NCBI GenBank assembly: GCA_951406725.2
Contig: OX597819.1
Coordinates: 97,960,001-98,024,000 of the forward strand
DNA from: Octopus vulgaris
Lineage: Eukaryota
Direction of reading: 5' to 3'
Length of the DNA: 64,000 nt
In this document: positions 53,304 through 64,000 of the stretch, in pieces
Numbering within the stretch: position 1 is the stretch's first letter
Layout of the letters: each line of letters opens with the position of its first letter
Made by a program: the position numbers and the translations under genes
The notes under the pieces: model-generated
The model's input: the letters and a program-made list of their open reading frames with translations, nothing else
Told to the model about the DNA's origin: nothing
Databases searched by the model: none

Positions 53304-55396
53304 CACCGGTCAACACACATTTTTCTGACTTCGAATTTGTGGTTGTTTTTAGTTAATTTTGAGATGCTGATTTAAAATATGGCATCCGTTTTTCCCTAAC
53401 ACACCAGGTTTTCATTCTAAAGCATACCCCTATTTTATGATGTACTGTACAAATAATTTACTTGGTCAGAATAGTTTACTAAGTCTTATAGCTCCAAACA
53501 ATAATTTATAATGTCAATAGAATATGAAATGTAAGATAGCATCACCTTTTACTAAATACCTACTGCGAAGTTTTCTAATATGATGGATAAAACACAAATC
53601 ATCATACATATACCTTCATATTCATGGAACAAATTTCCGCTCGCGAGAGCAATGGGAGTATTTCATGTCTACACAGTCTCTTTGAATACTCCAACAGTAG
53701 TCTGCCATCAAGTGTGTGTTCCATCGGCTTTAATATTTTTCCTTCATAATCTTGATTCCTTGATGAAAATGCTCACTATGATCATTGCTCACGTCTCCGA
53801 GATTAGCAGGAAATTCATCGAGATGGCTGTTGAGGAAATGAAGCTTTATGCTCATGTTGCAGCCTAAAAGATGAAAGTATCAAGTAATTTATCCACCAAA
53901 TCCTTGTAGTTTGCAGCCCTTTCACTCTCCCATATGCATCTCATGCTCTTTTTTCTATGTCAGCCATCAAGCTCGAGAAATCCGGGCATTTCATTAACTT
54001 TCTGATTTGTGGCCCATCAAAAACATCAGCCGCTATTTTATCATAATTTAGGCTAGGAAATGTTGTACATAGTAATTTGAAACAGTTACCCTCCACATTA
54101 AGAGCTTTAAAAAATGACTTCATTACTCTTAGTTTAATATGAAGAGGTGGAAAGATGAATTTTTCTCGCTCAACAAGTGGTTAGTGTATGATATTCTTCT
54201 CCCCAACAGTCAAACGTTTCCTAACTGGCCAGAGTTTCTATACTCAATGTTTGTCTCTCGCTTGGCTATCCCATAAACACAGGAAACATGGATATTTTGT
54301 ATACCTTCCTTGTTGACCAAGTAAAAAGTTGACCCTTTTAAGATCCATTTGTGTTCATCATACTTAAGTAAATCTAATACAACTTTCATGTAATCATAAT
54401 TCTCTATTAAGTGTACAGAGTAACCAATAGAAAGTGCACTAAACAAGTTTCCATTATAGAGCAATACACATTTTAGACTTTTCTTTGGACTATCTATAAA
54501 GAGAGTCTACATTCACTAGGATCATCCTGTTCAACACCCATCACGTTTAACCGTCCCACCACGTCACAACAGTGAACAAAATCTTTTCCAATTGTAAAGA
54601 ATACCAAAAGATATTTTTCCTTGTTCTGATAAATAATCAAGCTCTTTCTGCAACAAATTCTTCTCTTTAAGCCTAGAAGTTAACAGTTCTGATAACTCTT
54701 TAGACAGTCCTAGACCTCTAACTAAATCATTAAGTTCTGCTTGGTTGAAGTCTTCACGTTCTTTGATTGATGTTTCTACATGTCTGTATGATTTACATCC
54801 ACTTCACACATATCATCACTTTCATCTTGCAGTGAAGGTAGAATTTTGAAAACGGATACTGGCATTGCATCTGAGTGAAGCACTGGATGAATTACTGAAT
54901 CCAGATTTGGGTATCTTCTTTTCTGTCACGTTCTCTTGCTATAACAGGAGTCATTGTGAGACAAAAGTAGCAATCGTTTACATGGTTCTTTGGCTTCCAC
55001 CATACCAGAGGAATGCTTAATGTTGGTGCCCTTTGTCTATTGGCGTAGATTTTCGATATAGGGTTTACATACATTCTGCGGGCCCACGATTTATCCTGAT
55101 CACCAACTTTAATCTTCAAATAAGCCAAGTAGGATATTTTCACAATGTCACTAACGTTCATTCTTTGACTTGGTACTGTAAAACACCCACATATAACAAA
55201 AAGAGTCAGGGGAATTCAGACATTCCAAACATGGAACTACGGTTGGGGCCAATATGGGCCAGCCCATAGAAAAAGAAAACTAGACGTGATAAAAAAAAAG
55301 CTATTGCCATTTTAAAACTCAGTGACCCCAAATTACCTCAAAACAGGTCTCAAACATAGATCAGCAGAAAAAAAATTTAGAATTTGTTGGCCAGTG
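53304..55396 (-). mobile_element. Near-full-length decayed Chapaev3 (CMC) DNA transposon
   Basis: Termini CACCGGTCAACA / CACTGGCCAACA with a TAA 3-bp TSD on both sides. Motifs PDSFCYIC, GDQDKSWA, PKNHVNDCYFC, FNQAELNDLVR, GYTKYPCFLCLWDS, PPLHIKL, VFDGPQI and MADYCWSI. Confidence 0.85.
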
Positions 55397-56056
55397 TAAT
55401 CACTCAGTTTTAAGGTATTCTATAGAAAACGTAGCAACGTTATATCATTTTACATTACATGCTATGTTTGAAATGAAGCGACCCAAAATCTCTCCTTATA
55501 CTTCTTTTTGCAGAAATTGATATAACGCTATGCAATCATTATATCTGCACTGATGATGCATAATATGCAAAAACATCTGCAGATTTTACAGACTGAGATT
55601 AATGCCTGCAAAAATACCTTTTTTATGTATCAATTTTGAAAATATATTACTCGAGAGCTTCTCTCATCTACATAAATCAAGAACAGAACTCCAAGCGAAC
55701 AAAGGAAAGTCAACCGAACAGCCCATCACTAAACGGTTTGACGTTAGGTATGACATTGAAACTCTAATGATGATGAAGATTCGAATATGAAAGCCATTGT
55801 TCTGATCCCTGCTCACCACTCGGATGGTTAAAAAAAGCTGAAATATTCGAACTCACATACAAGCACGCGTGCGCGCGCGCACACACACATACACACATGC
55901 GAGCACACATACACACACACAAACATGTGCGTGCGCGTAGGTTCAACCGAATTTCATGTGCTTGCATATGGGAGGGTGACCTCAAGAACCTTGGAAAACA
56001 AATATACATAGTTATTATATCGATTACATGCATGTGTATATATGGTTATGCATATT

Positions 56057-56115
<59 letters not shown>

Positions 56116-56262
56116 TTATATATGTACATTTATATATGTATACCACACACACAGACACGCACACACACATACACACACTCACACATACACACACCAAACA
56201 CACCCATACACATATATCTGGATTGTGGCGACTTGAAGAAGGAACGTGTATGTATGCATGTA

Positions 56263-56304
<42 letters not shown>

Positions 56305-56726
56305 CGTATGTGTGTGTGTATACATATATGTACACACACTCACTCACACACGCACACACATTCATGTATATATTTTGTGTCTTTGCACGTATGTGCCTAT
56401 ATATATTTTCATGCCTCTATTTGCATCTATGTGTACGTATATATACCATACGTAGGTATGTATTTGTAATTTATACGTGCGGTGTGTTTGACGTTGTGTG
56501 AGCCGTGTGTATAAACGTGTGTGCTTGCTTGTTTTTGTGTTTGTAAACACGCGCGTGTGTGTATACGATTTCTGTCAGTTATTGTGTCAATTACTCGGAA
56601 CTTGATGTCGAAATTGTATTTCCTGGCTCGTTTCCTAGCAGGCGTCTACCCCCTGCTCAGATATTAACACCCGCTACATTAATTTCAATAGATTCTATTT
56701 GACGATGCTCCGATTATGGCTTGTTC

Positions 56727-56745
56727 TCGCCACTAGGTGTCGCCA
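56727..56745 (+). promoter_or_regulatory. Candidate CTCF-binding site
   Basis: TCGCCACTAGGTGTCGCCA against the consensus TGGCCACCAGGGGGCGCTA. It lies in non-repetitive, CpG-retaining DNA about 3 kb upstream of the coding exon. Confidence 0.45.
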
Positions 56746-57386
56746 GTCTACCACGCTTGAACGTTGTGCAAAATGAATAAATAAATAAAAAATATAAAAA
56801 AAGCACAAATCGAAAGTAAAAAAAAATCCCTCTAATATTCCTCTCGCAATATTTCTTCCGTCGCTATTTCTGTCCGTCTCTTCTCATTACCAGAACAAAT
56901 CTATAAATAATACCAAAGAAACAACAACAGATCATTACTTCTTTTCTCAGACATGGCATTATTTTCACCTTCAAAATGGACGATCGCTTTTTTATATATT
57001 TTAATTCATATATGTATGTATATATACATATATATAACAAATATTTATGTATGTGTATGAATGTATTTATTTCTCGTAGTATTGTATTCGTTATAACACC
57101 ACAAATTACTATTTCCTATTTCTATTAACTGTGAAATTTTATATCTAATGAAGCCACGAACATTATGATAATGAAAAATACTCAGTAATTTATGATAATA
57201 TTTCATTAGCACACATGATGTTTCCGGTCAATTCTATACGTTTCTAGCTGTTCCTGCGTAGCTCGTCTTAAGGCAAAGAGCTTACAACTTCCTATTATTT
57301 ATAGATCTAATCATGTTCTGAATGCTTCTGTTCAGCAAAAACTACTCAAGAATTTACAGATATTTGATGTTTGGATCTGTCTAGGG

Positions 57387-57574
57387 ACTCTCTTTTGCTC
57401 ATTTAACTCTTACTTGTTTCAGTCATTTGACTGTGACCATGCCGGAGCACCGCCTTTAGCCGAGCAAATCGACCCCAGGACTTATTCTATCGGTCACTTT
57501 TGCCGAACCGCTAAGTTACGGGGACGTAAACACACCAGCATCGGTTGTCAAGCGATGTTGGGGTGACAAACACC

Positions 57575-57612
<38 letters not shown>

Positions 57613-58101
57613 TATATATATATATATATACATACGATGGGCTTCTTTCAGTTTCCGTCTGCCAAATTCACTCACAAGGCTTCGGTCGGCCCGAGGCTAT
57701 AGTAGATGACACTTACCCAAGGTGCCACGCAGTGGGACTGAACCCGGAACCATGTGGTTGATAAGAAAGCTACTTACCACACAGCCACTCCTACTCTCTC
57801 TTACTTTTTTTGTATAGTCATTCGACTGCGGCCATGCTGTAGCACTGCTTTACCGGCTTGAACAAATCGGCTCTAGCATTTATTTTTAAGTCTGACACTT
57901 ATTCAGTCAGTGTCTTTTGCCGAACCACTACGTCACGGGGATGTAAACAAAACAACACCAGTTGTCAAGCGGTGTTGAAACTAAACACAAACGTGAGTGT
58001 GTGAGTGTATGCGTGTATGTGAGTAGATGTATTTATGTATACACACACACACGCAGACATACACACACGTACGCACGCACGCACGCACACACGCACACAC
58101 A

Positions 58102-58148
<47 letters not shown>

Positions 58149-58305
58149 TGGGCTTCCTCGTAGATTCCGTTTACCAAATTCGCTCACAAGAAATTGATCG
58201 GTCCTAGGTTATAGAAGAAGACACTTGTTCAAGGTGCCGGGCAGTGAGACAGAAGCCAAAATCACGTGTTTGCAGAACGATTTTGTTAACCTCACAGCCA
58301 TGCTG
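57387..58305 (-). mobile_element. Two tandem family A SINEs (57387-57792 and about 57793-58305)
   Basis: Reverse complement of the family A sequence twice. The first copy is much less diverged. Confidence 0.85.
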
Positions 58306-59196
58306 CGTGTGTATATTAAATACTTAATCTCTTTTGTCTGTATGCTTATATGTACCTATGTGTGTGAGTGCATAGACGCAAGCGCGCTCACACACATGGA
58401 TACAAAGTTAAAATTGTTTAAAAACTAATACAATGCGCCGAGAAGAGACCTTTTGCTCAGATATATGGAAAGAGGCTCTGACAATCACAGGTTTGTATTG
58501 TTATAACTTATCAACCAAATACTCAGCAATAAATATAGCGATTTCTATATCGGCGATGCAAGAAATATAGAGATTTCTATATCATTGGTGTGAGAAAACA
58601 TTTACAAACAAGTACAACAGCCAAGGAACACATGAAGACATGCCACATTCAGGACTTCACGGTTACATTAAGACAGTAGAGTGTAATATCAAGAATTTGA
58701 AGAGCAAGAAAGTAATTTTCATGAATGTACTAAACTCATCGATTTACAATAAAGAACTACATTAGGGTCAGGGGGAGGATTTTTTGTGAAGTATATGTGG
58801 TCATGTATAATGCATTCTTTGGTAGTGGCTGCAAGTTAAACTGGTTTCGAATTTTGGTACTAGGCTAGCAATTTCGGAGCAGGAGTAAGTCGGTTACAAC
58901 GAACCCTGTCCTCAGTTGGTACTTATTTTATCGACTCCCAAACGGATGAAAGGCAAAGTCAACCTCAGCAGAATTTGAACTTAGAACGGCGTGCTAATGA
59001 TTTTATTAGCTGACTGCCTTTTGACTGCTAGTTATATTATTATCCTTTCTAAGACATACATACATACATATATACAAATATACATACATACATACATACA
59101 TACATACATACATACATGCATACATACATACATACATACATACATACATACATACATACATACATACATACATACATAAATACATAATACATACAT

Positions 59197-59543
59197 GGTG
59201 GCTGCCCCCTCGTTATCGAGTATGGCCATTGCACGAAGCTTAATCAATGCTGTTATCGTGCAATGCCTGTGCAAGAATATTTTTTTAAATTGAGGAAAAG
59301 CTGTGCACTGAGTCAATCCCACTCACTAAGCAACAGCAGCCATAATCCGAAAAGAAGAACAAGTTAACATCATCAGTAACCACTGAGTCGCAGGTTTTAT
59401 GTCGGAGTTATCCCAGTTACCTGAGTTAACTTCTCCTAGAAGGATGCTCTAACAAAGGCTAGGAGTCCTTCACTCCCAATGGTTTAACCGTGCGATCGGG
59501 TATTCAGTCCGATTATTTCTATGTCCCCGCGCATGATACAGCA
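59197..59543 (-). mobile_element. Non-autonomous retroelement (probably RTE-derived) with a (TATG)n tail
   Basis: A second, shorter copy lies at 27936-28121. The minus-strand motif ctcctagcctttgttagagcatccttctaggagaag resembles RTE 5' UTRs. ctaagacatacata occurs on both flanks (59049 and 59544). Confidence 0.6.
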
Positions 59544-59901
59544 CTAAGACATACATACATACATACATACATACATACATACATACATACATACATACAT
59601 ACATACATACATACATACATACATACATGCATGTATATTTATATAGGATAGTTCAAATGTACAAAAGATAGAGACAAGTAAGAGAACAACAAACAAGGTG
59701 TATTAGTTTGATGCTCAGGAAAAACGAGAAACTCTTTGACGTCTCATATATACGCATTATTTGTGCACGCATGTGTTTGAATACTTCAATATTATTTCAC
59801 GAAATTCATTCTCTCATTTCAAATTTTAGGTGTTGGAATACGAAATACAACGGAGTAGAACTATTAAGCAGTGATCAGCCTGTTAACTATCAAATCGAGA
59901 C

Positions 59902-60142
59902 ATGATATTGAACCCACTTTCTGTTCGTCCGAACACTGACATTGACAGTCCTCTGCAGAGTCCCGAAGAAATAATTGTGCACAACGAAGATAGTGTGGGA
60001 TCCGAACACAGCGCTGACGTCTTTACAACTCAACCGGAAGTGACGTTATCACCAGCTTCTTCATCGTTGTCTTCCATCCCTTCCCCAAACAGAGTGATGT
60101 CCCCTGGTGAGCATTACCCGTCACTCAGTTCTAAATATAAAG
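59902..60142 (+). CDS. First coding exon of an unidentified host gene (Ser/Pro-rich, probably disordered N-terminus MILNPLSVRPNT...PSLSSKYK); exon probably 59830-60142
   Basis: Pyrimidine-rich acceptor (ttctctcatttcaaattttag) ends at 59829. An in-frame TAA at 59884 lies upstream of the ATG at 59902. There are 80 non-repetitive codons plus 1 nt, followed by a perfect donor AAG|GTAAGT at 60142/60143. No recognisable domain. Confidence 0.7.
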
Positions 60143-60686
60143 GTAAGTCCGTCTCTAATTTAATCATTTGAATTAAATTTCTTTATTACATCTTTCTTCA
60201 GAAGGAGCCATTCTAGTTCATTTCTTTTAGATCTCCGAAACGTTGCACGACTTGTTAATGCAAAAACCATTTGAAACAATGGCCTACCCGAGGAAATAAT
60301 GAAAGCTTATATGTAATAGATCTATCTGCTAGATATAGCAATCGTTTTATCTTAATTCATACCCTTATATTATAAGACAACAGCATATTAGATAATGTGG
60401 TCCTTAATACATTATATTTGCACACAGGCAGAATGGTCACGGTTTGAACACTTTTATCGTAGGTCTGCTTAATCTGGTTCTATGCGATCCAAAATAACAA
60501 CATATTTGTGATTTTGGTGCTTCATTGATGTTTTGTTTGACCCCTTTCATTAAAGATTCTTTACACACACACACACAAAACACGCATGTACATACATGTT
60601 TATATGTATGAATATATATATATATATAGCATGGAAAGCGGACGTTAAATGATGATGATGATGATGATGATGATATATATATATAT

Positions 60687-60954
60687 AATTCATAAATGAG
60701 GGCAAAGGAAAAAATTTCTAATGCCAAATATGCCGAAAAATTGGACATATTGTCCATTAACCATATAATTTTTTCACAATACGCACGTTACTCGAAAAAA
60801 GGTCGACAGACACTTCTAAAAAATTCCATATCGGACCGATTTCAGAGTTAGCTACTAAGAGCCCCCTCTTCGTCAGTGATACATGTGGCAAAAGAAATAA
60901 ATGAGATAAATATTTGGCATTAGAAATTTTTTCCTTTGCCCTCATTTGTGAATT
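60687..60954. repeat. 45-bp inverted repeats enclosing a minus-strand hammerhead-like motif
   Basis: Arms are 60687-60731 and 60910-60954 (1 mismatch). The interior minus strand reads CTGACGA-AGAG...CTCT-GAAATCGGTC. Confidence 0.8.
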
Positions 60955-61038
60955 GTTTATAAATTTAACCGTTTAAGGTATTTTTTAATATGCTGGCCAT
61001 TGATAAAATTTTTTTTCGAAAGAAATTTTATCCTCATT

Positions 61039-61144
<106 letters not shown>

Positions 61145-63785
61145 GTATGTGTATATAAGTATGTATGTATATATTACGGGAATGGTGGTAGCTTGAATAA
61201 GCTTGGGTTATAATTGCATTATTGATATTATTGGTGTCTTGTTTGGAAGATTCTTCAGTTCTCAGATTAAGGAGTTGGGGTAGATGCAAAACACCGACTT
61301 TCAATCAGTATCATCTTTTTCTTGTTTCAATCATCAGACTGACACCATGCTGGGGCACCGCCTTGAGAATTTTTTAGTTGAATGAATCGACCCAATACCA
61401 TTTTCAAAACCTAGTACTTATTTTATCGGTCTCTTTGGATAAACCGGTAAGTTACGGGATGTAAACACACCAACGCCGGTTTTCAAGCGATTGTGGAGGA
61501 AGACACACACACACACACATACACACATATATTATATAGGACGGCTTTCTTTCACTCACAAGGCAGAAGACACTTGTTCAAGGGGCTACGCTATGAGAAT
61601 GAATTCAGAACCACGTGATTGGGAAGCAAACATCTTATCGCATCTTCGACATTTCGAATCCCCTAATTCCATTTATATGATATCGCCTTGATATAAAAAT
61701 ATGGGAGAAATTATATTACATTTTGAATGATTAAGAGTTATTTTTAAAAACTGTCTTCTCTGTTCAACCAACTTCAATTAAATTTGCTTAAACATCCTAC
61801 ACCTATATATATTATTCCTCAGTTCAGTTTCGCCTTTCAACATATACTAACCCTCATGAATCTAGAAACATCTCAATTCCAATATTTCTATTGGTTTAAA
61901 TCTTAGAAAAAATTTGTTCTCTAGATAAAGTAATAAAGGGTCGTGGAAGGTAATATTTGTATATTCTATTTGCGTATGTGAGCCTTTTGTCGATATATAT
62001 AAATCACTATTCAACTCTTTCTGCAATGATTTTTATTGAAAATCTGTGTAGAACATAAAACAAAATATTGTACAGAGAAAGAAATACCATCATTACCAAT
62101 AATTTGAGTAGCATCATCATCATCAACATCATCATCATCAATAACAACAACAACAACAATAATGCAGCCAAATCGGTCGATCATCACTCAGACTGCAGGT
62201 CTCTAGAGAATTGTAACCGTGTCGACAATTTCCACTCTGCAGACGTCCTTGTCTCGTTAATACTTGTGCGTCGTCTGCCAGCTAATGGCGACTGAGAGGT
62301 GAGGGAGACTAACTTATTATCGATTAAAAGATCATAGCTCAGCATGCTTCGCTGATTAAAATCTATCTTTTACGATATCACCAGGTACTATTAATTGGAC
62401 AATTGTTTAGAGCTTCAAAATGGTAAACCATTTCTATTAATTCCCTTCCCATCAATACATAGGAAACCTTTTATCTTCTAAAGCTCCATTTGGAGAAAAA
62501 AGAAGTCAGTATATCTGACACACGACCATAACTGAGAATAGATAAAAGTCTAGCCAAGTACAACTGACCTATTAATCTGCTTTTAAACTTGGAATGTTGA
62601 AACGACTGACAAACTTCACTAATGAATTAGAACACTGGTAATAGGAAATATTTGGATATGGTTAGCATGGATCTACTATCGAAAGCCTCAAAACTGCAAT
62701 ATTCATCTTGAGAAAGCAAGTCGTATTGGCGTATAAGGCTAAAAAGCACAAATGTGTACCAGTAGCAGGTGAAAAGCGTCCACAAACTGTGGTGGAATTG
62801 CTAAATCATGATTTGCGTTTTAGCACTATCAACTACATTCTTAGGCAAATTTCACTTGCACTGATTTTGAAAAACAGTGATTAAGAAATCAGTGGTGTCG
62901 CAAAAGCTGGTGGGCTGGGTATAATTCGGCAATAGCGACAGGAGCAGTATTGGTTCAGAATAGAATTTCGTATATCATATTTAATATGGATATACTATCG
63001 AAATTTGTAAAACTGCAGGTATTTCCAAAGGTCACCAGATAAGTCAAGCATTCAATCCTGCATCTGATGCAGCACTATGACATTCAAAATAGTAAGAATA
63101 GAACTGGTAGAGAAAGACAGTTCTATCGAAACGTATAGGAATTCGGAAATGAAGTTGTTATATTTTGATGCATTCACGAAATTCTCTGAAAACCTGCAGC
63201 CGTAGCGTTGCATGAGCAATAGAATCCTTAAATGATATCCAATTGGCTGCTGTTGATTGAATTAAGTTGTATACTTTGAATAAATTAATTTGTCCATGTT
63301 GTCATGAACTGCTAAGTAAATTCGAATGAGCATTGGAGCTGAGTCTTAGTTTCCATGTATCATAAGTCACTGTAAATTACTAATCACATTGTGGACAGGC
63401 AAAAAGAAAATAAGACAAGGAACTATTTAGATCTATTCCATTTTTTCTACAGGGGGCGAGAGAAAAAAATTGAGAAAAAAAATCACGTGTTTATTAAAAA
63501 GCGACATATTTACACTTCGTAAACGCATGTGTGTGTGTGTGTGTGTACAAACGAAAGAAAGTTTCACTCAATGCATTTCGTAGGAATTACATATATTATT
63601 AAATAAGAAGTTGACTCACCTCCCTACATATTAAAGTTGCATTTAGAGATACAACTTAGAGTACTTTATCTTTAGATGCCTGACAAGCTGGGTTCGTTGT
63701 TCGAGCCTACGAAAGCTTTAAGTTACATGGCGCCGAGTGAAACTGTTATTGAATAACATATGTGTGTAAGTTGTTCATATGCATA

Positions 63786-63830
<45 letters not shown>

Positions 63831-64000
63831 CAAATTAATAAATAAAACATATGCATATATACATTTTACCCCCTTAATCTTACTCCCTTCCCTCACTTAG
63901 CGGTCATTCAAATAGCTCTTTTGTCTTAATAACGGTCAATCACACAGTAATTTCATAGCATTTTTCCGATGGCCAGATAACTGAAGAGATGGTGGCATGG

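Noticed and set aside
62600-63100. Old LINE RT (KAGGLGI motif)
   Set aside because: A single short motif in heavily interrupted frames is too little to call.

Overview
This is a eukaryotic, AT-rich window dominated by microsatellites and transposons. The SINE families and repeat landscape point to an octopus-like cephalopod genome, which is an inference. Nearly all ORF-track entries are microsatellite artefacts. Only one host coding exon is reasonably supported: the first coding exon of an unidentified + strand gene, 59902-60142. The rest is three tRNA-derived SINE families, decayed LINEs (R4/Dong-like, CR1-like, RTE, L1/Tx1-like ORF1), a decayed Penelope-like element (PLE) ORF, and DNA transposons (three Tc1/mariner types, Chapaev3, hAT and pogo-like MITEs). 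Two patterns stand out. (i) Several fold-back (palindromic) inserts lie next to (TA)n tracts and carry hammerhead-ribozyme cores. One is a 151-bp inverted repeat with a type I hammerhead, having an unusually long stem II, on both strands. (ii) R4-like and RTE-derived retroelements repeatedly have junctions in (CATA)n/(TATG)n tracts, which suggests microsatellite targeting and seeding. All coordinates were read by eye and may be off by a few bases.
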